Shown here one piece after another: positions 28,083 through 40,319 of a stretch of DNA of 64,000 bases; position 1 is the stretch's first letter; each line of letters begins with the position of its first letter. The stretch is from the NCBI GenBank assembly GCA_977017575.1, contig CDRNVI010000027.1, positions 1 through 64,000 of the forward strand, read 5' to 3'. The DNA is from Paramoeba atlantica. Lineage: Eukaryota; Protista; Discosea. A model generated the notes under the pieces. It was not told where the DNA came from. It ran no database searches and worked only from the letters and a program-made list of their open reading frames with translations. The position numbers and the translations under genes were made by a program.

Positions 28083-29747
28083 GGGCGTTCCACGAGCACT
28101 TCCGTGAGTTTTTGAGACACTTCGATGATTTCTCATCGAAGTGCCTACGTGTCACAGGGTGACTCATCGAAACGTCAATCTTCTCATCGAAGGTGATTTT
28201 AATTGCTTTGGAAAGAAAAAAATCGAGAACATGAAAATAAGAAAGCGGCGACACTGAGAATCTGTGTCTGCCACTTCCGCAGGTTTGTGTATTTGTTTTC
28301 CTATACTACGACACCTAGTTTACGTGTCTGGAGGCAAGGCTCAACTTTGAGCGAAGCCCACTTCTGGAGGCAAAAGCCCCCGTTTGCGAGCAAGGCCCAA
28401 CTGTGAGCGTAGCCCTGGGACAGAATTATATTTTTTGGCGACCCGCGCGCTCCAGCGCGCGGGTCGCGCACTGAGAACCTATGTCTGGCACTTCCGCAGG
28501 ATTGTGTATTTGTTTTCCTATACTGCGAGACCTAGTTTACGTGTCTGGAGGCAAGGCCCAACTTTGAGCGAAGCCCACTTCTGGAGGCAAAAGCCCCCGT
28601 TTGCGAGCAAGGCCCAACTTTGAGCGTAGCCCTGGGACAGAATTATATTTTTTGGCGACCTGCGCGCTGGAGCGCGCGGGTCGCGCACTGAGAACCTATG
28701 TCTGGCACTTCCGCAGGATTGTGTATTTGTTTTCCTATACTTCGAGACCTGGATGACACTACCCGGTGCCAGTAAAACGAGGCACTAAATGATTAGGGTG
28801 GATGTCATTCTGGCAACGTAGAATGGGTGGCACCGCCCGGTACCGAATATAACAAGGTACTAGGAAACTAGGGTGGGTGCCATTCGGGCTAATCTTTGGA
28901 ATGTGTTTGTGTTTTTTTTATCCACCCTCAAAAGATAGAGTGGTTTTTTTTGGTCAAGGGGCGCCTTATTTGCATTACCTAAGGCGCAGGGGTATAGCGC
29001 ACCTCACCTCCCTAGCTGTAACCTAACTCCTCTCCAAGCGGAGGTCAGCCGTAGCTTGCTATGGCTGGCTCTCCGGATACGTCGCAAGACGTATTCGGAC
29101 TGCCCGTTTGGGGAGTTGAGGGGCCATAACTTTTCGGAGTCAAAAGGCCCAATACACCATCATCATCATCATACTGCGAGACCTAGTTTGCGAGCATGGC
29201 CCAACTGTGAGCGTGGGTTTATCTGTATCTGTAGGTTGCGAGCAAGGCCCAACTGTGAGCGTAGCCCACGTTTTTCCCTTCGAACGGAGTTCTACACCAC
29301 TTTGTAGCTCTCGTGATAAAAATTACTAGGCTGTTCTATTTTACTTTGGTTTCGTCCCTTCTTTTTAATGAATAACAGTCAAGCGGGGAGTACACGCGAA
29401 GCTCTTTTGAATAGTTTTGTGCGTTTCGTAGACAGCGAAATGCGTCGCACTCAAGAACAAGAGGAAGAAGAAGAGTTACCTCGCACTCCAGAGGAATTAC
29501 GAACTCCTGGTGCCTGGGCTGACAGACTTATTTTTAGCCCCTTGGTTGGGGCCGAAGCTGCTGCACGTACTTTGCTTCCGTCAGTTCGTGTATGTCCAGG
29601 TTGTGCTGAGTTTGCTCCCGAGTCGAAAATGCAGCTACCACCTCAAAAGTAATTAAAATCACCTTCGATGAGTTTCTTTCGTTTCGATGATTTTCGTTTT
29701 GACACGTGGGTGTTTCGATGAGTACTCACGGAAGTGTCCTCGTACCC
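28083..29747. mobile_element. TIR element related to 24869-26112, inserted in the 18-bp array; contains a 217-bp tandem repeat
   Basis: 28090-28210 is an inverted homolog of 29645-29745 with TCATCGAA repeats; internal units start near 28266, 28483 and 28700 and match 25700-25900 in reverse. Confidence 0.7.
28751..29170 (+). mobile_element. 420-bp 5'-truncated SINE-like retroposon with a different 3' half
   Basis: 14-bp TSD ATACT(T/G)CGAGACCT (28737-28750 and 29171-29184); (ATC)n tail; two motif-1 copies homologous to the 16.5-kb SINE. Confidence 0.88.
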
Positions 29748-30487
29748 AAAGGGGGTATTAAACAAAAAGGGGGTATTAAACAAAAAGGGGGTATTAAAGA
29801 AAAAGGGGGTATTAAACAAAAAGGGGGTATTAAACAAAAAGGGGGTATTAAACAAAAAGGGGGTATACGGGCAAAGGGGGTACGGCGTCAGGGTGCACGC
29901 CGGGGCGCACGACGGGGAGAACGGCGGGGCGCACGACGGGGAGCACGACGGGGCGCACGGCGGGCTGAACGGCGGGGCGCACGGCGGGGAACACGGCGGG
30001 GAGGGCGGTGGGGAGCACGGCCGGCAGTCTGCGAAAGGCGCGGTGAAGGGGGGGTGAAGGGGGGAAGGGGTACATGGGGTAGATAGGTCTTAACAAAAGT
30101 CAACAACAAGCAACAAGGTACAGAATCAAAACAAGAACAAGGTACCAGATGGGCTGGTGGGTGGGGCAGAAAAGTCGACAAGGTACCAACAAGGTAGCGG
30201 ATTTTATACCCTTGTAAAGATGAATTACCCTGTTAAAATGTAAAAAAAAAAATTTCCCAAGATCCATTTTATAATGTAAATTACTTCAACACACCCGTCA
30301 AAAATCTTCAGATCGATCTCTCTTACTGTTTTACCCCCCTGTATAGTCACTTGCCTCAAACGTATGTAAGGCGCGATCGACCGCCAAAATTTCCGGTTTG
30401 TTTATTTCATAGGGTTCTTCCCATAAGCTGCCTGTGGCTGTCATTGGGTCTATTGAAGGGAATAATACTGCGCCCCTTGTTGTTGTG

Positions 30488-31222
30488 TGTACCTTGTTGG
30501 GTTCTGTACCTTGTTGATTTGTCCCCCCCACTGCTATTTCCATTGTCCCCCCCGCCGCTCTCCCCGCCGCGGGGAGACCCCTCCTGGACGAAAGAAGAAA
30601 TCGCCCTCCCGCACCGTCCTCCGGGTCGCCCTTCCGGTTGCCCTCCTCGCCGCCCCCCATTATGACCCCTTTGCCTGCCGCGCTCCCAGCCGCGCTCCCA
30701 GCCGCGCTCCCAGCCAGGTTCCTCGCCGCGCATCCCGCCGTCCTTCCCGCCGCCCTTCCCGCCACCCTTCCCGCCGCCGTTCCCGCCGCTCTTCCCGTTC
30801 TCCACATCGCTCTCTCCCTCCGCTGCGCTATTTACTGCGCTCCCCGCCCCGCTCCCTCTCACCGGCCTCTTCCTTGTCTCACTGTCCCATGTTGTGGAGC
30901 TACCCGGCGTCAGTAAAACAAGACGTCAAAAAACTAGGGTAGTATCCACGCAACAATTCAAATTTAGGCAGGGTAGTGGATTAACTTGTTAAACCACGCT
31001 GGGGAGTAGCGAACCCCTCCTACCCTGGAGCTGTTAATTATTGGCTTCCTTCATTGGAGGATAATATTGGAAAACTAACTCCTCTCCAAGCGGAGGTCAG
31101 CCATAGCAAGCTATGGCTGTCTCTCCGGATACGTCGCAAGACGTATTCGGACTGCCCGTTTGGGGAGTTGAGGGGCCATAACTTTTCGGAGTCAAAAGGC
31201 CCAAATCATCATCATCATCATC
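30488..31222 (+). mobile_element. SINE-like mosaic: SL relics, GC-rich repeats, motifs 1 and 2, 3' module shared with 29025-29170, (ATC)n tail
   Basis: TGTACCTTGTTG twice at 30488-30516; 31075-31222 nearly identical to 29025-29170; boundaries and TSD not resolved. Confidence 0.55.
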
Positions 31223-32928
31223 ATAGTCACTTGAACACGGAATGAATAATGATATACATGAACATTCTCACAGTATATTATATACACTTCTTTTTTGTAT
31301 CTACTCTCTCATTTGTAAACATGTTACCAAGGTTTTTGTTTTTAAAGTCAAATTCTAGAGGCCCATGTTTTGTGAATCGTCATTAGATAAATAATTTCTC
31401 AGCTGAGAGAATACAATCGACCCATTTAACTCCTGCAGGCGCAGCGAAAATTCGTTCAGTGTTCGGACCCTATCAAGTCCGCTGCAGTCCGCCAACGTAT
31501 GCAACAAGTGCCGGAGCCCGTGATGCATAGCACCACCGGAGAGGACTGGGAGGCATACGAAACGCTCTTGAGGTATCATCCCGGAAGCCACGTATGTGCT
31601 GTGCTTGCGCGTAATGGCCTCTCTCATCAAGGTACCGCTACGTTTCCGTACATTAGTGGGCGCCAGCTCGTGAATTATTGTTAGGTCATAAAAAATTTCC
31701 CCAGTTGCCCAATGTATTACAATGTCAGGTCCTGACCGATGGAGGCTCGCATTTCTACAAACTTTTTGATGATCACTTTTTCGCCATTGTGGGAACGATT
31801 CCCCGCATGTAGAGCATTTATAAGAAGTAAACTGTCGAGGTTCCCTTTCGCATGGCACACCCGCCTTCATGCACAGTTCATAGATAATACGCTCCAGATT
31901 ATTATGTTTCATTGTTGTATTATTTCCGGAACACTGGACGCATCCAGCTACATGTATGTGCGAAAAGGCTGATGAAGAATCCAGAAGGGTGCGGCATCCT
32001 GGGCATTGCAGACTTTCGGGAATACGGGGGTGGCATCAAAAGCTAATCGATGTCATCAATGGCCAATCAATGGCATCAAAAGCTCGAAAGACGTGGCATC
32101 AAAGCTAATGTGAAGAATTTGGAAGGCACTAACTTTGCCGTAGAATGAAGCCACGCGGAGTTCCCTTTTTCACTTGCTGCTCTCAGCACTGGTGCAATTT
32201 TCGGGTCCTTACTCAACGATTCTTTAATGGCTCTGTTAAGCTTTGCTTCAGTTACAAATTCATCGTGGGGAGGGGTTATCTGATCTTCATTTCCCACCGG
32301 CGATGGAGACGTGAGACTGGGTGCTCGAACTGAATAGGAATTAAGTCGTTCAAGAGTACTGTGCCTTGATGCTTCATACGCCGATTTTCGCAAGAGATCA
32401 GTGGGCGTTAACCCCAATCCTCCGCTCTTCACAGGTAGACGCGCCCAAGCAATTTGCTTTGGTGTCATCGATCCAAACCATGCAGTAAGAACTTCTTGCA
32501 CTTGCTTGTCAAAAGATTTTGCCATTTCAAAAGTTTCTTCCGGTCGATGCACCCTTATATGGTATCGATGTCGTACATTAACACATCGCGACAGGAGGAG
32601 AAGCGAAACGTTGTTTGCTCCCATGTCACAAAGCCGCCGAAAAATGGTTAGATGCTTTTCAAGCTTGGCAAGAAGCAGCTCACTGACTCGGGCTGCTTCC
32701 CCTACGTAGGCTCCTAATGTTTTGACTGCCTTCTCCGCTATCTGAACGCCTTCATTCGCTAGACTTTCGGGTAGGCGAATATTGTTCAGACCGCTAAACC
32801 ATACACACTTTTGAGGGGCAAGGCAGATTTCTTTGCTTAGAAGAAGTTCTTTGAGGCGAACATAGGCAGCTGCAACAAGATCTTCCTCAGTTGACGCAAT
32901 ATTGATATCATCAACATAAGCGTATATA

Positions 32929-34468
32929 CAGGGGTGGGCGCCTTCAGAGTGGGGGGGTCTAAAATTCGTAAAACTTGACCAATTTTGGAAAGTAATAGCG
33001 CATTCGAGAGCTCTCAAATAGTCTGGTGTAATGGCAACATCCGTTTCCCGTTTTTAGACATTCGAGATAAATGACAGAAAAACAAGGAATTTATTTTTCC
33101 CCGAAGATGCAATTTTTCAGTTTTTTTGGCTTTTTTTAGTTTTTTTGCGCCGTTAATGCCTCAGAAACGTGTACGATCGCGAACATCACGGTTTCCCTTC
33201 CAGAGAGATGCTTATTCACCACCTGGGAAGGTAGGGCCGTCGCATCGCATGCTTCTCGTAGACCATTACTTTCGTTCTGGGTCCTACAATGCTACAGCAC
33301 GCCACTTTGAAGTAGCGGAGAGCACTGTGAAGCGATGGGTCATTCGTTACAGCGAAACTGGTGATGTCGAAAGCATTCCCAGACGTCTGAATTTTACAGT
33401 TAGGACATCACTGTTTATCGGAGAAGCACTCCGCATAGTAGATGAGGGTACACGGGATCTTCCTTATGGTGTGGAATCATGGTGCGCTCTACATCGCGAA
33501 CTTCTATCCAGAGGGTTTCAGTGTTCCAGACGCACTTTGGCTCGAGCTTTGAAGCCCGATATTATCCTCCGCGTAGTTCAGCGTAAACCACGACTAACCC
33601 AACAGCATAAAGACGTTAGAGTCCGATTCTGTAAGGACATGACGGGCTGGAGCGAACACCAGCTTGATAATATTATTTGGTGTGATGAGAAAAAGTTTAC
33701 CTGCAAGAAGTCTACCAAAAACGCCTACCTTTGCCGACGGTCCGACCCTGTAAAAGAGCAGCTAGGTGAGCTGGAAGCGTGGGTAGGGGGCGATGGTATA
33801 ATGGTGTGGATGGGGGTAAGCATAAAGCATGGATTTCATCTGCACATTTTTCCTAATAGAGATGAGCAGGGAAATAGAGTTACTGTGAACGGGGCTGTTT
33901 TCGAAGCTGCCATGACCAAGCGTAATGGTCTTTTGAACTACCTACACAGGCACCGTGCAGTTGTTGCTATGGACAATTGCCCTGCGCACAACTTGGCAAG
34001 GCGTACTTTTCAGCAGCAAAACGTGCGAACGCTCCCCTGGCCCGCAAAGTCACCAGATCTCAACCCCATCGAAAACTTGTGGAATATCATGGATCAGCAC
34101 AAGGATCGCATGCGACCACGCAATCGCGCAGATCTCCTCTCTTCTATCGAGAGTGCATACGACGCACTTCAAACCGATCTCAAAAGTACTTGCGTGAAGA
34201 CCATAAAGAGTGTCTCCAAGCGCTTTCAAATCGTTATTGAGAAAAAAGGGGGAAATTGTGGGTACTGAGTTTTTTTTTCGAAAAAAAGGACTTTTTCGCT
34301 TAAAAAATAAAGTTGCAATTCGTGTTTGGGACCATTCTAGCTTTCTTTGATTCCCGTAAACTTTCGCAGAGTGCTTTTTACGATTACACTAGACTATTTG
34401 AGAGCTCTCGAAAATTGAACAAGTTTTACGAATTTTAGACCCCCCCACTCTGAAGGTGCCCACCCATG
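32929..34468 (+). mobile_element. Apparently complete 1540-bp Tc1/IS630 transposon with TA duplication
   Basis: TIRs CA(G/T)GGGTGGGC(G/A)CCTTCAGAGTGGGGGGGTCTAAAATTCGTAAAACTTG; TA at 32927-28 and 34469-70. Confidence 0.95.
33156..34268 (+). CDS. Intact DD32E transposase (about 370 aa)
   Basis: HTH (ATARHFEVAESTVKRWV), IIWCDEK, AMDNCPAH, WPAKSPDLNPIENLW, GGNCGY*. Confidence 0.93.
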   Translation: MPQKRVRSRTSRFPFQRDAYSPPGKVGPSHRMLLVDHYFRSGSYNATARHFEVAESTVKRWVIRYSETGDVESIPRRLNFTVRTSLFIGEALRIVDEGTRDLPYGVESWCALHRELLSRGFQCSRRTLARALKPDIILRVVQRKPRLTQQHKDVRVRFCKDMTGWSEHQLDNIIWCDEKKFTCKKSTKNAYLCRRSDPVKEQLGELEAWVGGDGIMVWMGVSIKHGFHLHIFPNRDEQGNRVTVNGAVFEAAMTKRNGLLNYLHRHRAVVAMDNCPAHNLARRTFQQQNVRTLPWPAKSPDLNPIENLWNIMDQHKDRMRPRNRADLLSSIESAYDALQTDLKSTCVKTIKSVSKRFQIVIEKKGGNCGY

Positions 34469-37342
34469 TATGTAGCATGGGAAATTCTTGTGCAATTGTC
34501 TCCAGTATTGGCTGAAGAAAGGAGCAGAAGTATAGAGTCGACAACGGCGACCCTTGGCGAACTCCAGCCGAACTTTCAACTGTTGAAAACAGTTCCCCGT
34601 TCTTTCCGTAAAAGAGGAGTTCAGACGCTGTCCCATATTCGGCAAAAAATAGTCGCTGAAAAGGCCGAAGGGCGCTCAAAGCAAAAATTGCTTTTGCAAT
34701 CTCGCCGCGTGAAGGGCTATTAAAAGCGTTCTTCATATCCAACGAGAGGATAGCACACCCTTCCATATATCGTCGATTGAGTTCGTGAACAATAGTCTCG
34801 CAGCCAGCGCGACTCATTACCCCATGCTGCATCGGCAGGAAAAGCTTTTCAAATTTATGTTCGTTACGCAGAAGGATTAGTCCAGCCAACTTGAGAAAAA
34901 TTTCTCCCATTGCCACCGGTCGAACGGCTTGAGCTGTTTTAGGGAGTGCAACTAAGCGTGCTCTCCGCAGTCTGCGCATTACATCCTTGGATAGCATTCC
35001 GTTAATTAAATCGCACATCATGTGGCTTAGACTCGTGCAACAGATCTCATCGTCCAAGAGCAGACGAATGATGGCCTCTGTGGTACCGGATGGACCTGGG
35101 GCGGCGCCTTTTGCGAGTCTCTTTCCTGCTTCTCGGAGTTCATGGGGCGGGATACATGCTACCTTCGGGGCGTCGGTGGGAAGCTCAAAAGAAATCGGTA
35201 AAGATGGGTGTAGTTTTTGTAATTGAGACAATTTTTCTTCATCCCCTAATGATGTTTCGGTGATGTCTTGATCTAACACGCGCGTCGCTTTCTTAATCGC
35301 TCCTTCCAAAACCAGTCGGGTCGCTTTTTTGCCTGCTCTCAGATCTTTAGCCTTTTGCTCCACTTCACTGTTTCCTGCGTTCGTCTCCTGAGTTTGAATT
35401 GGGCGGCGACGACGCTTTTTTCCAATGAGATGGCGCACTGTAGCTAACGAATGTTTCATTGCCGACATGGTTCTGTGCCAGATTTGATTTCGTTGGTCGT
35501 AAGAAGAATCTGCGTAATCCCGCATTATGTCACGATAGATAGAGACAACACAGGGCACAAACTCTGCACTGACAGTCCGCATGGTTGGCATTGGATCGAA
35601 ATCCAAGTCTGCTTCCGTATGAGAAAATCCTTGATTACTTGGAATTCCTTTAGCGTCCACATCAATGCTGCTTTTTGAATCCTTTCGATTTAGCCATTGT
35701 ATTGAATAAACTCTCACATTAGAGTTTGGAGGAATGAACCCACAAAATTGCTCGCCGCATTTGTACCCTTCTATACCTTCGTACTGGAGAGACATCCGTC
35801 CGATTCCGGAACGCTTCTTAACTGACTTAACCACACCTTTCGATATATTTATCTGCGAGGAATCGCTGAAGCACCATGCCATCAAGCACGAGTCCCCTTG
35901 TTTCGCCGTTTTTGATGAATCCCAGATGGTATCCGGTGCCAGTGGAAACTTCTCCGTTGGGTTTATCGACTTATTCAACTTCTCTATCATCTCGGCCTCC
36001 TTGGCAACTTCTATGACAGACTCTGTTTCAGCAGGAAGTTCAAAGTTCGGCATCGTGATATTGTTTTCGTCAACTACCTCGTGCAGTGTCGTAGACCCGT
36101 CAACCCTTCCCGTGCTCAATGGGGTGTCCTCAGGAGTTAAATAGTCGGCGTATGTCTGACATTCGACATCTGCGTCCTGCGTCGGCTGTTCGGCTGAAGT
36201 TTCATCATTCGTCGCAGTGATCGACTCAGTCGTCGTAGTGCCTGGCCAAACGACGCTTGCCTGAGACTCGGTATTGACGTCCTGCATCCCTAACGTTTGT
36301 TCCGCTGAAGATTCTGTATTTATCGTAGTGATCGGGAGGCAATCTAACTTTGATATCGTTCTTCTTTCTTTTCCTCGAGCGGTTTCTGCAATTTGGCGTT
36401 CCCTTGTCTCACGCTCCTCGGCTGTAGGAACACCGTGCAGTGTCAGCAGCCCATTCCACAGTCTTTCCGACCACTCCAGCAACCTTACCGAGTGTTTGAA
36501 GACGCGAAGATGGTTCAGAGTGGGGAACTTCATTACTTGAGCTTATCGTTGTGTGATTTTCTTGTCGCTGTTTTCCAATGATCACTTTTATGCGAGGTTT
36601 GCGTGAGGGGATTGCCGTTGTTGTTGTTGTTGGGTCCGGGCCGTTTGTCTCCGAAGAGATGTGGCCTCCTCACTTTCCGCGTAGGTAGCGGTGCGGGTGC
36701 TCCACGCGGGGAGTAAATCTACAGTGCGAGAGCCTAGGCTCAACCGCAGCATGTAGACACCCGACTTGCCTCCTCCGGGAGAATGAGGTGTCATGCCCTA
36801 GTTGTTTAGTGTCTTGGTATCTTGACACCGGGAGACCCATGCAAAGCGCGTGGCGATGGGGGTGTTGGCGAGGGCGGCGCACCGGGGCGAAAAGGGAGGC
36901 CAATTTATGGTATTAACGTAAATGAGAGCCCTCGCCTAATTTCATAACGTAAACTTTCAGACAACAAGGTACAGGGGTAGAGGGGATTGCCGTGGTCACT
37001 GAGTCTTCGCACTGCCTACGTGACGTTTCAGCTGCTTTCTCTTTTATTTTCTTTTCTTCCTCTGCGCGTGCGTCCAACTGCTTTTTCAACTCACTGAATG
37101 ACATGCGAAAATTTCTTTCTGTATCATCTTTTCCGGTCGGCAGCGGGAGTAGACTGGGGAACCTAAGCTCTATTGCGTTTTCGGCCGACGAGGAATCTGC
37201 TGGAGGAGACTTCGTCGCCGGAGGGGACGATGGCGATGGCGGTACTGCTGATTGCGCCTGCGACCGATAAGGTTGTTGTTGTTGTTGTTTAACCCGTTTG
37301 GCCATGACTGGCTATGGGTTCAGAGTACACCCTAGTTATTTA

Positions 37343-39054
37343 CACCCCCGTTCCCCTGTTTTGCCCGGTATTATGTGATAAAAAAAAGTTTCTATTTGGG
37401 TCTAAAGAGTGGTTTTTCGGCATAATTAGGTGATGCCCTACCAGGGAAAAATATGCCTATAGTTAAACAGCATGCGATAAACGTGGGAGGAAGGGCAAAA
37501 ATCTGAGAATTTGCTCATCTGGGCAGTGAAAAAAATCCTGTGAGGCTTTTCAAAAAATCTCATCTTCAAGTAAAATAACTCGGTTTGATAGGAAAGGCAG
37601 ATCCGAGGAGTCTGCAGGCCATCCTGGGAGAGTGTGAGAGCCTCCTCTTTGGTTTAGGTGGGGGAGATTTCATCATCAAAGCTCGTGTCTTGTCAAAAGA
37701 CGTGTCATCTCTGAAAGAAGAACATCGAAAAGAAAAAGAATTTTTTTTTTTTTTTGAAAATTTTGTCAAAGGCAGACGCGGTTTTCACAGAGATGCAAAT
37801 ACTTAAACATGTTCCTCTGAACTAAAACTTGCAGAAAATTGCATAATTTCTATCGAAATACTAAAGTGGATGAAAGATTCACTGTAGTATTTCAGTAAGG
37901 GCTCTTCTTTCCTCCATACAAAATAACCATTTCCATTCGTTTTTTAAAAGTACGGTGCAGTTTATAACATTCCTTCCGACAAACAGGAGACTTCAAGTAT
38001 CGATCGCATACTTCCTTTATTTCACTCACGGTATTTGGTCTATGTTTATTCTTGTACAGCTTGAGAATACTCCAGAGATTTTCTATTGGGTTTAGATCCG
38101 GGGAGTCTGCTGGCCATCTTGGGAGAGTCTGAGCACTCTTCACCTCTTTACAAAGCCGCAGAGCCTCAACCCGGGGATGAGATTTCCACCAGGCGATTGT
38201 TAGTATGGCCTTGTGCCCAGGCGCGTTATCGTCCATAAAAATTTTGTTTCCTATCTTCTCCCACGGAAGATACGTCTTTTGCAAAATGCATTTCAAAAGA
38301 TTCACCTTCCTCCCTCATATGACCTAGGGAAGCTGCATACGCTTCGACGCCCTTTTCTTCGCTCCAGTTGTCCTCAACAATCGAGGAAGTACAAGATACG
38401 TCGTCACTTTCTGTATCAGAAAAGTCGGATGCTAAGAGAGGAAGGTCTGGAGGATTTCCGACAGGAGGAGAAGCAACCACAGGTGAAACGAAGAATGTTA
38501 AATCACCCTCGACAGGAGTATCAGGTGGTACCGAAGAAGAGGAAACAGAAAGATGAAGCTCTGAGGAGATGAAAGAATCTGATAGTGGAGGGGTCAAGGT
38601 AGGCAACGCATCCTGATCTCGGTCGCATAAAAAATATCTCCCGCTCTGAAGTTGGATCAATTCGCCAGAGCGAACTAAATCTTCAAGGGATAAAGAACTT
38701 GGGTGACGATTGTGCATTACTAGTAAAATATTATTAATAAAACGAAGGAGTCTTAAAAACGCAGTATTGTTCATAGAATAAATAATCAGGACATTTCAAA
38801 AGAGAAATGGAAGATAGAAGTATACATAAATTGTGGTAAAATAACCTAAAAAAACAAAAAGAAATGCAATTTGTTACTGAAAAACGTGGAAAAAACGAAC
38901 CTTTTTTTCTCAGTCACCACAGCTGAAACAAGGGGTGAAAAACGCATTTTTTACACGCTCTGGCGAATCATCTACGTACTTGGCTGAAAAAATTATTCGA
39001 AAAGCTCGTCTGGTGCGCTCAATCAATTGCGGGCAAAAAAGTGGAACAGGGGTG
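37343..39054 (-). mobile_element. 1712-bp Tc1-like element with a truncated DD48E-type transposase (37892-38305) and an unrelated Ser/acidic ORF (38226-38774)
   Basis: TA|CACCCCCGTTCCCCTGTTTTGCCC versus inverted CACCCCTGTTCCACTTTTTTGCCC|TA; IFMDDNAPGH…WPADSPDLNPIENLW; first catalytic D region absent. Confidence 0.85.
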
Positions 39055-39404
39055 TAGTGCTCGTGTGAAACGGCACCGGGTATTACCGTACTCCGTGGGT
39101 GGTACGCTGTCAGTCGCGCGCAGACTTTCCCAGTGGGATGCCGCACTCGCAGATAGACAAGCAATACCTGTCAGGTTGCGTGGTCTGACTTGTCATCCGT
39201 GACTTCAATGCCCGATGGATTCGAATCCTGGGGCAAAGAAGTAGTGGAACAGTCGTTATATTCTGTTCCACCACCAGGGATGACTCACGCTAGGGTGTGT
39301 GGAGCTTGCGAGGCTCTCTCACCAGCGGGGCTCACAATGGAGCTCGACCAGTGCCCTTCACAATTTAAATTTTTGCATATGGAGACTACCCTAGTTTCTT
39401 AGCG

Positions 39405-40137
39405 AAATCAACGTCTTCTCTCCCCTGCATCATAATGAAAGTAAACCATGTTAAAACCAATTTTCCTAGTAATATATCGCTTCAATGAAAGTTTCCGTCC
39501 AATCATCCCGACCATTTTTTGTTTCCAATAAACTATATCTATCTGACGAATTATCAAGGTATCTGGCCAATATAATAAAAACAATCACAGAAACCCAGTC
39601 AACAATTCCTCAAACTTACGAACGGGCATCCCGTCCACCAACTCCGCGAAATGGTTGGGGGTTGGTGGGTGGGCGCAATTTGAAAAGGGTAAAAGAAGGA
39701 GTGTCGCTATACACAAAAACAATATATATTACTTCATCCCGAGTACTACTAAATTATAAATCTCATTACATCTAACAACGGGTGCCCCTTTCGGGGCCAC
39801 AATCTGCAAAAACAAATCATAATATAAATATTATGTGCCCCGAAGGGCCATTATGTCAATCATCCTAAATTTCTAAACGTATACTTCTAGAAATCAACGT
39901 CTTCCCTCCCCTGCATCATAATGAAAGTAAACCATGTTAAAACCAATTTTCCTAGTAATATATCGCTTCAATGAAAGTTTCAGTCCAATCATCCCGACTG
40001 TTTTTAGTTTCCAATAAACTATATCTATCTGACGAATTATCAAGGTACCTGGCCAATATAGTAAAAACAATCACAGAAACCCAGTCAACAACTCCTCAAA
40101 CTTACGAACGGGCATCCCGTCCACCAACTCCGCGAAC
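39405..40137. repeat. About 245-bp direct duplication (39405-39655 and 39888-40137); part homologous to 27770-27850
   Basis: GAAATCAACGTCTTC…CCACCAACTCCGCGAA repeated. Confidence 0.9.
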
Positions 40138-40319
40138 CAACCCGTTCGCCCGTAATCCAAACTCCCGCACGTGTTTGTAGCAAATGGTGGCGGCCAATTA
40201 CTAAAAACTCGTAACGTTTTTCAAGAATTCCTACCGCGTAATGAAATTGAATAGTATATATTTTCTATATAGCTAATTTTTTTTTTTTTGATTCTATATA
40301 ATGAGTTTTACTAATTAAT

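Larger units (their letters stand above)
31340..39400 (-). mobile_element. CRE-clade-like non-LTR retrotransposon A (RT, Zn knuckle, RLE), interrupted by two Tc1 elements
   Basis: ORF pieces 36533-34471 (RPVAMGE, DMKNAFN, GVRQGSPL), 32926-32076 (YAYVDD) and 31912-31355 (HN…EREP…SGPD…YDLT); 5' region continues past 39056. Confidence 0.92.

Noticed and set aside
29706-30942. Ala/Arg/Pro/Gly-rich ORFs on both strands
   Set aside because: Products of 12-20-bp GC-rich repeats and the 18-bp array; no coherent domain.
33156-34268. Bacterial IS630 or prokaryotic origin of the window
   Set aside because: Eukaryotic-type SHMT, non-LTR and YR retrotransposons, MITEs, microsatellites and SL-like sequences all indicate a eukaryotic nuclear genome.
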